From an uncultured virus (IMG/VR IMGVR_UViG_3300045005_000111) (taxonomy: Duplodnaviria; Heunggongvirae; Uroviricota; Caudoviricetes): a stretch of 64,000 nucleotides of DNA. The translations under genes and the position numbers were made by a program. The notes below the pieces were generated by a model. That model was given only the letters and a program-made list of their open reading frames with translations, was not told the DNA's origin and ran no database searches. Shown here one piece after another: positions 44,370 to 55,300 of the stretch. The DNA lies in IMG/VR virus record IMGVR_UViG_3300045005_000111; one strand, 5' to 3'. Numbering within the stretch: the first letter of the stretch is position 1; every line of letters begins with the position of its first letter.

Positions 44370-46084
44370 TTCTTGTCCTCCTTGACAGGCGGTTTCGCCG
44401 CATCATGCGGCGGGAAAGCCTTATCGAAGTCCTTGATCCTCGGCTTCGCGACGGGCTGTTCGATGTTCGGCATCGGTACCCGTTTCTCGGCGTCGGCGAC
44501 CCGAGAGTTGAAAAGCAGCGTGGCCGCCTCGGGGAACAGCGCCCGCCACTGAGCCCGTGTAATAGGCTCGGGGTCGTCCTTGTCGAGCAAGACCAGCAGC
44601 GTAGCCCGCTCGCTGTTTTCCAACACTTTCCTGGCCTCGACTACCGAGCACCCCAGGTCGATTGCGGCCGTCTCCAAAGTGACCGGCGCCTCACTCCACT
44701 CGTGGTACACCTGGGCGTGTAGCTTAGACACTTCGAGCGGCGTCATGTTCGTGGCCTTCTTCACGGCCTTCGAGTAGATGAGTTGGTCGTAGTCGAAGGT
44801 CTCCATCAAGTCGGCGCCGTACAACTGGTCAAGCCGCTGCAAATCCTCCTTCTGGTAAGCCTCGATCTTGATGGTTTTCCTCAATCGCGGATAGACCGAC
44901 TTGAACGGAATGATGCCGTCGACATGGCACCGCACGCACGACAACGGGTTTCGCACCCGCAAGTCGTTGTTAGTAGAGTTCTTGTCGCCGGCGATGTCCG
45001 GCGGCGCCTCTGCCTGCCTGGCACCGGCGTTGTTGAACAGACCGTACGCCTGCAACCCGTTCGGCAGGCTGGCGATCTGTTCGGACGCATCGAAATTCTC
45101 CGGACCACGGTCGAGCAGGATTTCCAGATAGTTCTGCTTCCCCAGGTCCTTGCGACTGTCGGTACTGAACCAGTAGTACCCGCCGCGCACGCCGACGCGC
45201 GTTGGGACGCGAGTAAGTCGCCGGTTCCGCAGGGTGACGCCAGAGAAGCTGACAGTACCCTGACGATAGCTGAACAACTTCGCCACCACATCCGGGTCAC
45301 CGTCGATCAGCTTCTGAAAGTCTTTCTCCTTGTCGCCCAGGCCGAGGAACTTCTTGTAGAACGTGTCCTCGTTGGTCTCGTCGAAGAAGAACAAGCCGTG
45401 CATGATCGGGTATGTAGATTGGCTCATGGCAATCAGATCGGCCGACACGGTCGGCTCGATCCAGAACCCGGCAGCCAGCACCCGCTCCTGTTCGTACTTC
45501 GGCGGTCCCTCCTTGAACCTCGTCAACTTCTTGGTGCCTGTTTGGACCTTCTCTTCACGAGTCTCCTGACGGTAGGTGCCGTTGCCGATGGGCACTAGCA
45601 CTTGCGTCTTGCGGGTCTCGTAGATCGGTTCGTCGTACGTCTCCTCGATCTGCTGAACCACCTGACGCCGGCGTATCGCCGGAGTGAGGAAGTACGTCTC
45701 CTTCGACACCAGCTCGTCCCAGACCTTCGGGTCCCAGTAATAGTCGCGCACGTCGAGGCGCAGAAGGGCGTTGTCGGTGCCGGGCACCCGAGTCGTCAGG
45801 ACCACTTGCGGGTTGCGGCTGAGGCTGTTGCACCAGAAGTTCAACAGCCGGACGTAGCTCTCCCGCTTGGCGACGGGAACGGTGTAGAGCGTCAGATATC
45901 GAGTGTAAGGTCGATCCTGTGGGGCGACCTTGAGTAGGTCTTCCCGCGCCGCGAAGGCCGCCGTGGCGGGGTCCTTCACGATTACTTTCGGGGCCGCCAT
46001 CTTCACGTTAATGGGCTGAGCTGGCAGCGATGATGCGAGAAGCGCAGCCGCGATGACCGCCAGAGCGGCGGCGGTTATGCGCAT
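44366..46084 (-). CDS. Large secreted protein with CxxCH heme motif
   Basis: Signal peptide; DASEQIASLPNGLQAY...APPDIAGD...VRNPLSCVRCHVDG. Confidence 0.75.
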   Translation of the reverse strand: MRITAAALAVIAAALLASSLPAQPINVKMAAPKVIVKDPATAAFAAREDLLKVAPQDRPYTRYLTLYTVPVAKRESYVRLLNFWCNSLSRNPQVVLTTRVPGTDNALLRLDVRDYYWDPKVWDELVSKETYFLTPAIRRRQVVQQIEETYDEPIYETRKTQVLVPIGNGTYRQETREEKVQTGTKKLTRFKEGPPKYEQERVLAAGFWIEPTVSADLIAMSQSTYPIMHGLFFFDETNEDTFYKKFLGLGDKEKDFQKLIDGDPDVVAKLFSYRQGTVSFSGVTLRNRRLTRVPTRVGVRGGYYWFSTDSRKDLGKQNYLEILLDRGPENFDASEQIASLPNGLQAYGLFNNAGARQAEAPPDIAGDKNSTNNDLRVRNPLSCVRCHVDGIIPFKSVYPRLRKTIKIEAYQKEDLQRLDQLYGADLMETFDYDQLIYSKAVKKATNMTPLEVSKLHAQVYHEWSEAPVTLETAAIDLGCSVVEARKVLENSERATLLVLLDKDDPEPITRAQWRALFPEAATLLFNSRVADAEKRVPMPNIEQPVAKPRIKDFDKAFPPHDAAKPPVKEDKK

Positions 46085-46104
46085 AATTGACCCTCCATGG
46101 TCGG

Positions 46105-47757
46105 TTATACGGCCGGTACGTCAATGACCTCGACCGAGATACTAACGTCTTCCGGGTCGAGGAAGAAGGCCACGGTTCGCCCCGATACCATGCGATCCGG
46201 TTCGTCCGGAATCACAATCTTGTCGGTCGACCGAATCTGACGCTTCGTTCCGTCAGGGCGGCGGATTATCCCCCACAGGTCCATCGCTCCAGTAGCCTGT
46301 CCGTCCACCAAGAATCGGTGGGCAACCGCCTGCAGAGTACTTGTCGAGAGCTGCCCCGGAAACCCGGAGCCGCTAACCTCCTCAGCCACGGCGCTCTTCA
46401 TCGCCGCCAAGTCGGGATCCGTCTGGCCCGCCCGCTTGAGCACCTTGAACGTGAGCCGTACGTCGCACGGGATCGCCCCGCGCACGAGAACGTCGCCCGC
46501 CCCGGGACGGACATCTCGGCCCGCCAAGAAGTTCTGTAGGTCGCCGACCAGTGGCATGGCTCGCAACACCACGACGTAATCCCGCTTCGTTCCGATCGGC
46601 AGCGATGCGTCGGTGTCCGTATCGAGAAACTGGACCACACCGGCCTGATAGGAGCTGTACGCGGCCTCTGTAGCCGTCTCCAGATCGGGCACCAGAGCAG
46701 TCTCGTCGGCACTGGTGACGTCCAGAGTACGAGTGTCCTCGGTCACCTCGTAACCGGCGGTCTCTACTTCGTTGGCGCCCTTGCGGACGATCTTTTCAAC
46801 GTCGTAGAAGCCGGGGGCTTCGAGTCGTTCGATGCCGACCTGCCACACTCCGCCCGTCGCCAGTTGGTCGACCAGGGAAGCCGTCTTTTCCAGCCGCACA
46901 GTACCCGGCAGCCCCTGGCTGCGCAAATACACGTCGAGCCGACCGCCGGACGCCACCGGCAGTACGCCGTGATACCGGAGTTGCTCGGGGTCGCCGTACC
47001 CGACCATCGACACCGCTAGAACCCGCTCGAACCTTTCGTCCTCGCGGAGCATGGCCGCCAGGGTGACGCGGTTCGACGCGTTTTTCCCGGCAATTCCCTC
47101 CTGCATTCGAGCCACCAGCTCGGCGTTGTTCTCCGGATTCACGCCGCCGATGAAGTCGGCCTCGGCGTACAGCGTCACGGCATGGGGGATGAACGTCTGC
47201 GGGGACAGCTTGGTGCCCCGACGAATCATACCGGCCGTCCCGTCTTTGGCTGCCACCACGTCGATGACGTAGGAATAAGTGCCGTCACCCACCGGACGAA
47301 TCAGGCGATCGGTCGGGCTTACCACGCTGGCCTGCGTTACTCGACCGGCGAAAGCCGTCTCGGTCACGAACTCCTGGCCGTTGCCGATCATCACGAGTCC
47401 GGCCGGGATGTTCGACGGGACGAACGCGTTGAGAACGACGACTACTCGGCCTCCGGCCGAGGCCCCGCCCTTGCGGTAGAACCGGAAGTTCGACAGGAGA
47501 TCGTCGACGATCTCGTCGGTGGCAATGGTCGGGTCGGCCTGGATCGCTTTGAGCGAGCCGCTCTTGCGGAGTCGGTCGGCCCACTCGTCGTGGGCGGCTC
47601 CGAACACGCCCTCCAGGTACAGGACGATGTCGTGGATGACCCCGCGCTTGGTCTCGGAGTTCGGGGCGTACTCCGCCATCCGCTGAGTGACGTAGGCGTG
47701 GGCTGCGTCCACTGCCTCGGGCGACAGGTTCTCCAGGTCAGGCAGCTCGATCGCCAT
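46105..47757 (-). CDS. Baseplate J-like wedge protein
   Basis: RKGGASAGG.V.V, IPAG, VVAAKDGTAG, FIGGVNPENNAELVAR motifs. Confidence 0.75.
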   Translation of the reverse strand: MAIELPDLENLSPEAVDAAHAYVTQRMAEYAPNSETKRGVIHDIVLYLEGVFGAAHDEWADRLRKSGSLKAIQADPTIATDEIVDDLLSNFRFYRKGGASAGGRVVVVLNAFVPSNIPAGLVMIGNGQEFVTETAFAGRVTQASVVSPTDRLIRPVGDGTYSYVIDVVAAKDGTAGMIRRGTKLSPQTFIPHAVTLYAEADFIGGVNPENNAELVARMQEGIAGKNASNRVTLAAMLREDERFERVLAVSMVGYGDPEQLRYHGVLPVASGGRLDVYLRSQGLPGTVRLEKTASLVDQLATGGVWQVGIERLEAPGFYDVEKIVRKGANEVETAGYEVTEDTRTLDVTSADETALVPDLETATEAAYSSYQAGVVQFLDTDTDASLPIGTKRDYVVVLRAMPLVGDLQNFLAGRDVRPGAGDVLVRGAIPCDVRLTFKVLKRAGQTDPDLAAMKSAVAEEVSGSGFPGQLSTSTLQAVAHRFLVDGQATGAMDLWGIIRRPDGTKRQIRSTDKIVIPDEPDRMVSGRTVAFFLDPEDVSISVEVIDVPAV

Positions 47758-47759
47758 GC

Positions 47760-48242
47760 TTAAACTCCCGGCCCCACGTTGAGGGGCATAATGACCTTCC
47801 TGGTCGTTCCGGCTGCACTATCAATCTGGACGGTCAGCACCATCGTTCGGTCAGGGCGAATGACGACCGACAGGAGCTTGGAGTCGGCGTACCGCTCATC
47901 AGCGGGGTCGGTCTCGATATCTTCGCCACGGAGGTTGTTTGACACCTGCGTTCGAGAAGCAAGGAACGCGGCATACACGTCCTGTTCGGTCCGCAGGGCC
48001 TGGGACCGGACTTCGGCCATGAAGTCGCAGCCGCGCTCCGGCTTGTATTTCATCGACCCCCGTATGGTCAGGAACTCGATCAGCCAGCGCTGAGCGAGCT
48101 TCTGAATGCCGACACACACTTGCCCGCCCTCGAGCGGACGTAGCAGATCCTGCTGCAGCAACTGCATGCCAGCAGGTCGCGCCCCGACGAACGCCAGGAC
48201 ATCGACTTTCCGGCCCAAGTAGTCGACGACAGTGGTACTCAT
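47760..48242 (-). CDS. gp25/GPW-like baseplate wedge protein
   Basis: GIQKLAQRWLIEFLT.RGS....PERGCDF; upstream of J-like gene. Confidence 0.7.
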   Translation of the reverse strand: MSTTVVDYLGRKVDVLAFVGARPAGMQLLQQDLLRPLEGGQVCVGIQKLAQRWLIEFLTIRGSMKYKPERGCDFMAEVRSQALRTEQDVYAAFLASRTQVSNNLRGEDIETDPADERYADSKLLSVVIRPDRTMVLTVQIDSAAGTTRKVIMPLNVGPGV

Positions 48243-48679
48243 TCTTGACCCGCCTTCAGGAGGTCCTGAGCGTATCGGATCACACCGTCGAGCAGCGGTC
48301 CCTGCCCGTCTTTGTGTCCGTTGCGCCGTCCGGCCGCCATGATCGCACAGCGAACCGAGCTGGCGTGTCGAGTACGGAACGCTCGCTCCATGGCAGCCAG
48401 ATAGTCGTTCTGCAGCCGCAGAGTGGCGGCATCGCCGGTCGTGCCCGGCTCCGAAGGCTGGTACACGTCGGCGAAGTTCTGGCCGATCTCGTTACGGTCG
48501 AACGGCTTTTTCATGCCCGGTATGTCGGTGACGTCTCCCGACCACCCGTTCAGATCGCCAAGCTGCCACTCGCGGCCGGAGCCAGACTTAACTCCCTGGT
48601 AGATGAGTCCGGCCTCGGCGGCGAGTTGCTGCACCTGGGCAGTGAACCGTTCGTGAACCTGGGCCTTCGATTTCGCCAT
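48239..48679 (-). CDS. Hypothetical protein
   Basis: Translationally coupled in the tail operon. Confidence 0.7.
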   Translation of the reverse strand: MAKSKAQVHERFTAQVQQLAAEAGLIYQGVKSGSGREWQLGDLNGWSGDVTDIPGMKKPFDRNEIGQNFADVYQPSEPGTTGDAATLRLQNDYLAAMERAFRTRHASSVRCAIMAAGRRNGHKDGQGPLLDGVIRYAQDLLKAGQE

Positions 48680-49512
48680 CAGAGAACTCCCAGGTTCTGT
48701 CGCTCGTCCATCCGGAGCTGGATGCGGGTCTTCCGTTGGCTCACGGCGGACGGGGTAATACCGAGTTTACGGGCGATATCCTGGTTAGACAGAACCGGTC
48801 TGCCGTACATGCCGAGCGTGTGCTCCATGATCACTCGGTCGACTGGCTCCAGGCTTTCGTACACGAACTGGTGCCAGGCTCTGGTGTCGTCGCTGCCGGT
48901 GCTCTTGACCGCCGGGTCGTTGAAGTCGTCGCTGTCGGACCCGGCAATCGGCTGGAGCACTTGACCCTCGGACAACGGCATCTGCAGCCGACGGACGTAC
49001 TGGATCCGCTTCGACGACAGTCCGGTGTGGTCGGCCAGCTCGCTGGTCGATGGGTCGCGGCCGAGATCGTCACGCAGCTCGGCTTCGGCCCGCGACAGGT
49101 GCAGGCTGTCGAGTTGCACCTGCTCGGGAACGCTGATGATCGCGTTCTCCTTCGCCGACATGCGGCGAAGTCCCTGTAAATGGTTCATCATGAACGTCTT
49201 GAGCTTGGCCTGACTGCGATCATACTTCGGGAGACCCTGTAGTGCCAACAGACGGGCCTTCGACCGCAGAGTCGGACTTGGGTTCGCCCCACCGTAGGTC
49301 TTCACGGCGGTGTTGATGATCGGGTCGAGCTTTTTGAGCATCAGGCCGTTCGCCTGCGGACTGGGCCTGTTCTGCCAAGCACTGAACGCTTCGGCAAAGT
49401 CCGGCTCGAGCATGTCGTTGGTCGGCAGGGCCGTCGAGGACGACGGCGGTTTTGGGCCACCCGTCGGCTGCGTCGGTGCGGCCGGCGGCGGCAGACTGGA
49501 TCCGAGTGGCAT
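48679..49512 (-). CDS. Sigma70-family (FliA/SigB-like) RNA polymerase sigma factor
   Basis: KYDRSQAKLKTF (region 2), LGRDPSTSELADHTGLS (region 3), LSNQDIARKLGITPSAVSQRK (region 4 HTH). Confidence 0.85.
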   Translation of the reverse strand: MPLGSSLPPPAAPTQPTGGPKPPSSSTALPTNDMLEPDFAEAFSAWQNRPSPQANGLMLKKLDPIINTAVKTYGGANPSPTLRSKARLLALQGLPKYDRSQAKLKTFMMNHLQGLRRMSAKENAIISVPEQVQLDSLHLSRAEAELRDDLGRDPSTSELADHTGLSSKRIQYVRRLQMPLSEGQVLQPIAGSDSDDFNDPAVKSTGSDDTRAWHQFVYESLEPVDRVIMEHTLGMYGRPVLSNQDIARKLGITPSAVSQRKTRIQLRMDERQNLGVL

Positions 49513-49524
49513 CCGTGCCCCTCC

Positions 49525-51162
49525 TTATTTCCGCAGCGGCCCACCGATCCACTTCGTTGAGTAGAGCGGATGAGCAGCCATCGAAGTCGGGTCCGCGTTA
49601 TTCTCGTCTTTGCCCCGGCAATGGGCAAGGGCGAACGTCGTGCCCGCCTTCTGCCCTTCACTCGACAGGAACAGTGAGACCCGGGTCACACAGGCGAACA
49701 TCTCCTGACCGAACTCGTCGTCGTCCCCGATGAACTTTTCGGCAGCCGTTTCCACCCGGACGATAGACCCAGGAGCGATGTCGGTGCGGAACTTGCCGGC
49801 CAGCGTTCCCTGACGGTACTTGATAACTTCCATGCCGTACATGGCCTGGGCAAACTTGTTGATGCCGGCATTGAGGCTCTTGAGCACGTCCTTCGGCGGC
49901 GGAACAGGACCGCCGCCGGGAACCCCCGGGGCCGGGGCGACCGGGCGGATGGCCGGCACGTTCATGTTCTCGAGGTACAGCTCGGGGGCCATACCGGACA
50001 ACCACAACGGCGCCTGTTTTAGCAAGACCAGGCCGCCCTCGGTGCCTGGGGCCTCGTAGTACCCTCCGATACCGATGGCCTTGTAATCAGCGTCGCCGCC
50101 GTTGATCTCTGGGCCGCCAGCCCACTCCTTCGACCCGAACAGTCCGACTGCCCGAAGTACCCGGGGCATTGATCCGGAGAGCTGCACGTCGTCGTACTCG
50201 TTAGCATAGATCGTGATGTACGGCTCCCGCAGAATCGGCAGGAACGGCACTACGGCAGCCTTCTCGACGCCCGGGACCACGACGAACATGAAGTTCGACC
50301 CCAGGTTGATCAAGTTGTCCCAGAGCGTCGACCCGGCAATCGTCTCCAGCGTCTCCTCGGCAATGATCTTCTTGATGTTGCGGTCGATCTGTAGCATCAC
50401 ACCGGCCGCCCCGCCCAGGTCAATCTTGAGCCCAGTCGACTTCAACGACCCGGTGTCCATACGCGCCAGGGCCTTCAGAGCTTGCGAGTTCGACCCGCTA
50501 TTGCCGACCTGCAGGCCGACGATGCTGCCCTGCGTAGCCAGGTGATCCTGAGCACACAGAGACTCGAACCACGGCTTGATGCCCTTCTGCCAGAGGTCGT
50601 CGCCCACACCCACATTCAGGACTGTAGAAGCCAGGGAAGCGCCGGTCAAATTGGATGACACGGCTGTGGACTGCTTGGCTTCAGGGGTGACGAGTTGCAG
50701 CGCAGCGGGAAACGCCAGTTGAGCCGGACTTGCCGGGTGCAGCGCCTTGGAGATCGCACTCGAGTACGCCAGGTCGGCCAACCACCCTTCCATCGAAATC
50801 GAGTATCCGGCTCCCGCCGTCCCCCGCTGGTACGCGCCGCCTGTGGTGTACCCGTCGAACAGCAGCACCTCCTCGTTGTCCGGCGGGTCCTCCGGACTAG
50901 GCCCCTTACCCGGATCCGGCAGATCCTGTCCGTGCGGAATCGCTTTGCAGTACACCTTCACCGGCTTTTTCAGCCGCAGGGATTTGATCATCGAGTGGAT
51001 CGGGTGGGCCTTGAGTGACAGCGCGTCGCGGCCCAGCCCCAAGACAATTTGTCCCTGGGGAATGGTGTTCAGCTCGAAGTCGGCGCCGAATTGGATTACT
51101 TCCAAGTCGCGTTGGTCGATCACCGCCCGGAGCTGAAATTTGCGGCCGCGAAAGAAGCTCAT
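49525..51162 (-). CDS. Putative baseplate hub protein
   Basis: 545 aa; C-terminal G.FRTDIAPGSIVRV...CVTRVS pattern; context after tape measure. Confidence 0.55.
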   Translation of the reverse strand: MSFFRGRKFQLRAVIDQRDLEVIQFGADFELNTIPQGQIVLGLGRDALSLKAHPIHSMIKSLRLKKPVKVYCKAIPHGQDLPDPGKGPSPEDPPDNEEVLLFDGYTTGGAYQRGTAGAGYSISMEGWLADLAYSSAISKALHPASPAQLAFPAALQLVTPEAKQSTAVSSNLTGASLASTVLNVGVGDDLWQKGIKPWFESLCAQDHLATQGSIVGLQVGNSGSNSQALKALARMDTGSLKSTGLKIDLGGAAGVMLQIDRNIKKIIAEETLETIAGSTLWDNLINLGSNFMFVVVPGVEKAAVVPFLPILREPYITIYANEYDDVQLSGSMPRVLRAVGLFGSKEWAGGPEINGGDADYKAIGIGGYYEAPGTEGGLVLLKQAPLWLSGMAPELYLENMNVPAIRPVAPAPGVPGGGPVPPPKDVLKSLNAGINKFAQAMYGMEVIKYRQGTLAGKFRTDIAPGSIVRVETAAEKFIGDDDEFGQEMFACVTRVSLFLSSEGQKAGTTFALAHCRGKDENNADPTSMAAHPLYSTKWIGGPLRK

Positions 51163-51902
51163 CGGCTCTCCTCGATTCGCCGGCCCAGGGCCACGAGCAG
51201 GGCCGAGAGCTTGAGCGGAAGAAAGTCGTGGCGCCGCCACAATTCACCGAGTTCCTGTTCCGGTCCGAACAGGAACGCCTCGCTCGCCCCGAGGGACTTG
51301 GTCAGCGTCGCTACTACGGCGCCGAGGTCGCGACCAGGACGGGCCAGAGCCTCGACGACCCAGGCGTCGTCTACGTTCTCGCGGACGCGCCCCGTCAGAC
51401 CCTGGCCGATCGTGAAGGCATTCGACAGGCCGTCAGTGAAAGTCACATCGAACTGATGATAGTTCACCGACACGCGATTGCCGGATTCGACCGACACCCG
51501 CCACTCGAATCGACTTTGACCACGACCGTCGTTGGCAGTCAGTTGGCCGCCGACCAGCAGCTCGCCGACGGTCTGCGGCAGAGCAGACACCGTCGTGGTG
51601 CCGAACCCGTCGAACCGCTTGTCGCTGGCCCGCAACGGCCAGTAGGTGACGCGGGAGTCGAACGCCAGTACTTCCGGCGCCAGGTCGGAAGTGTGGAGGA
51701 CAGTCATGTACTGCCGCAGCCGGAAGTTCTTGTACGCCCGGTCCGGATTCGATCCGAACAGAACGCGCCACGGGTTGCGGCACTCCATCGGCATCGGCCG
51801 GCGGCGAAACTCCGGGGGGACGTACTCCTCGCCCGGATAACCGCCGCCGGGCCAGGAGGTGCCGTCCTCGTCGAGCAACAGGGTTCGCAGGTGGTTGATC
51901 AC
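51159..51902 (-). CDS. Hypothetical virion protein
   Basis: MINHLRTLLLD; coupled start/stop. Confidence 0.65.
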   Translation of the reverse strand: MINHLRTLLLDEDGTSWPGGGYPGEEYVPPEFRRRPMPMECRNPWRVLFGSNPDRAYKNFRLRQYMTVLHTSDLAPEVLAFDSRVTYWPLRASDKRFDGFGTTTVSALPQTVGELLVGGQLTANDGRGQSRFEWRVSVESGNRVSVNYHQFDVTFTDGLSNAFTIGQGLTGRVRENVDDAWVVEALARPGRDLGAVVATLTKSLGASEAFLFGPEQELGELWRRHDFLPLKLSALLVALGRRIEESR

Positions 51903-52381
51903 TTCAAATCCTGCTCCGGGAGGTAGTTGAGCTTGAACGAGAAGCTGCCGATCATCGAGGACGGGTCGGTGGCTTGGAGGCCAACTCCGACCAGGAACGA
52001 CTTCAGCGATATCATTCCAGCGCCGATGCCGATCGCAATTTTCAGCGGCTCCGGGTTCCGCGAAATCCGATTTTTCTCGTAGAACTCATACAGCTTCTCG
52101 AAGCCGCCGGCCGGGTCAGCTCCTTCACACGGATTGAGATACATAGCGCCGCTGATGACCAACTCGGCGATACGTTCGCCGAAGACGTAGACGTACACGA
52201 AGTTCCGCAGAGTGTGCAGGAACTGATAGTTGCCGCCCTGCTGGATGCCCACCGAAGTGATGATTCCCTTGTGGGTCTGGAACCCGCCGAATCCCGGCAC
52301 GCGCACCTGAAAGGGCATGGCCGGGCCGTCTGGCTTGAATTCCAGCACGTTGCCTGGCGAACTGGCAAATACGTCGGGCAT
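51899..52381 (-). CDS. Tube-like/tail initiator protein
   Basis: NYQFLHTL..FVYVYVFGERI..L.ISG; directly after tape measure. Confidence 0.55.
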   Translation of the reverse strand: MPDVFASSPGNVLEFKPDGPAMPFQVRVPGFGGFQTHKGIITSVGIQQGGNYQFLHTLRNFVYVYVFGERIAELVISGAMYLNPCEGADPAGGFEKLYEFYEKNRISRNPEPLKIAIGIGAGMISLKSFLVGVGLQATDPSSMIGSFSFKLNYLPEQDLK

Positions 52382-52383
52382 GA

Positions 52384-55300
52384 TCAGGTCCCCGGTTGGC
52401 CGATCGGGCGCATATCCATCTTCCCGGTGGTAATGTCGAACGTGCCGGTGAACCGCGTGTCCGGCGACAGCTTCACCGTAGTGGCGTTTTTGGCATCGGC
52501 CTTGTCGACTTCACGCCGCAGCTCGGGCATGGCAGCCAGAGCCTTGTCGATATCCTCGGCATTGGCAGTGCCGCTCGTGATCTTCTTGAGAATCCCAACC
52601 AAACCGGCGTCGCCGCCGAGGCGAGTCATGAGCCGCTTGCGGTCTTCACGCTGCTGCGGAGTCAGATCCTCGTCCTTCGCGTCGATGAATCCGCCGATCG
52701 CCTCGCGGACCTTGCCCGGGTCGGTCTTCAGCTCGTCGATCTTTTTCTTGAGCGACTCCGGAGTGACGGCGGTGCCGGCGGCCTTGAGCTCCTTCTCGGC
52801 CATCCGACCGAGACCGATCTCCTGCATTCTCTTGAGAGCCGGGAGAACCTCCTGCAGCTTGCCCGAGTCCTTGAGCTTCTCGGCCAGGTAGTTGGACCCC
52901 TTAACCTCACGGCCGGTCGCATCGCGGAACACGGCGTCGATCGACTCTTTCGACCCGGTGAGCTGGAGCAACTCGTCGACCGCCCCCTTCGAGTCGAGGG
53001 ACAGCAGCCGCTGTACGTCCTTCATGCGAGTCTTGTAGTCGTCGGTGAACCCGGCCGACCGATCCACGCCCTTCGAGAAGGACATACCCAGGTCGGTGGT
53101 CATGACCTCAAGCGCGCGGCGCTCGTTGCCGATGAACGCCCGCGCCAGCTCCGGGTCGTTTATGAGCCCGAGCATGTTGCCGCCGTACCGGGCGTCGGCG
53201 ATCTTCTGTAGCTGATCGAACAGGTCGCCCTGCGTCTTGGAGTCGGCCCGCGCCCGGTTCCACAGCTCCCGCACCTTCTTCTGCGACTCGGGATCGGCGA
53301 GCTTCGATTTCTTCGCCCCGGTACGATCAGCCTCGGACATGAGCAGTCGGTCGACCGAGATGCCGGTCTCGTCGGAGTACTGCATCAGCCGGCCGCGAGC
53401 CTGTTCTTCCTCTCGCTTCAGAGCGTCGCGCTTCTTTGTGAGGGCATCAGTGTCGGCGCCCGGAGTACCCCGTGCCTTCTGGAGCTCGGCATCGGCCTCT
53501 TCACGCAACTTGGATTTGGCCTGGAAATCCTTGTTGATCGCGTCCGCCTTGGCCCTCTCCTCGTCCGTAGCGTCAACTTGAGCCATGAGCTTGTCGAGGC
53601 CGACCTCGCCCAAGCCGCTGGCCTTGCCGATGGCCTTGGCCGCCTCGTCGTCCGCCTTGCCCCGGGCAGTCAGATCGCGGATCTTGCCCCGGATGTCGGT
53701 CACCGCCGCTGCGTCGGCGTCGATGTGGGTCTGGGCCTCCTTGATCTTCTTGATCTTGGCGGCCTTAGCCTCCGGAGTCAGGTTCATGTCCTGTTCGATG
53801 ACCGTGGCCTTCGTGAGTTTGCCACGGCGGGCCTGGAGGTCGTCGCGGATCTTCCGCGCCTTAGCCACCGACTCCGGATCCCCCTTTTGCTCGAGAGACC
53901 TGGCTTCGGCTTCGAGTGCGGCCCATGTATCAGGCGCAGCTTCGGTACGAAGCCGGGTCGCCTCGGCCTTCATCGCCTCGACCGGAGTACGGCCGTCGAG
54001 CCGGGCGAGAGACTCCTCGAGCCCGACCCGCATCTTCGCCTTGCCGGCCTCGGAAAAGTCGATCCCCTGAGCCGAGAAGTTTCCGGACAGAAGAGCGTCG
54101 GCGCTGATGCCCAGCCCGTCTGCCAGCTCCTTCATCCGACGAGCACGGGCGCGGACGTTCTCGAGCCGATCGAGCCCGCCCTCGCCGAGCGTACTCATGG
54201 CTTTCTCGTCCATCATGAACCGTTCGGTCAGGAGCTCGATATCGTCCAGCGACGAGCCGCGCCCGGACCGAATCCCCATCGCGGCCCGATTCACGTCGGC
54301 GGTGGCGATACGGGTCTGCACAAACCCGTGCTTGTCCATGATGCGGGCGATGTCGGGCAGGTACTTCTTGGCCCGCTCGATCGCCGCCTCGCGAGCGGCG
54401 ATGCCGATGTGCCGGTCCTCCATACCGGCGACCTGGTCCCACCGCACGCCGTACTTCGTCCCGAGAGCCGCCCGCTGGGCCTCGAGAATAGCCACTTCCG
54501 GCGCACCACTCGGCCCTTTCATCTGGGCCGCAGTGATCTGCTTCTGGATGTCCTCGAATTCCTTGCGGATCGACGTCGGGTCGACGTTGCGGAAGGCTTC
54601 GGCTTCCTTCTTCAAGTCTTCGAGCTTGGTGCCGAATATCCGGGTCACCTCGTCCTTGTCTTGGAACCCGAATACCCCGGCCACGACGTCGTTGAAGTTC
54701 GTTGCCGGGCCGGCCTTCAAGAGGGCGTCGGCCAGACGCTGCGCCGGGCCGGCCCGGCCGAGCTGCGCGAACGCCGACTGCAGCCGACCCTCCTGGTCGC
54801 TCTCGATCTGCAGGAGGTTCTTCTCCCGCATGATCTTCCGGTTGTTCATCAGAAGGGCGTTGATGCCGGAACCGTAGCCCCGTAGCCCTGGGTCCTGTCG
54901 AACCCTCTCCTCCCAGTTGCCGACCATCAGCTTGGACGCTTCGCGGACCCGCCCCTCGATTTCCGGAGTGACGGCTATGCCCTGTCGCTTCAGCGACTCG
55001 AGCATCTGCTTGGAGATGATCTGGTCGTTGAGCATGTCCTCAGGAGCCAGGTCGAGCTGGCTGCGGGCGACATCCGAAACGGCCGCGTTCATGGCGTCGA
55101 CGAGCTTGTCGTCCTTCCGCATCTCCTCGGTCATCGACCCCTGCATGGTCGAGGAGAACACCTGGAACAACCGAGGCTCGATGTCTGCCTTACCCTGGAG
55201 CGCGCGAGCCTGTGCAGTCAAGTTCTTGTCGGCAATCGTCTTCTGGTTCGTGGCCGTCTGGTACCGCACCTTCTCGACCACGTCGCCGCGCATACCGCCC

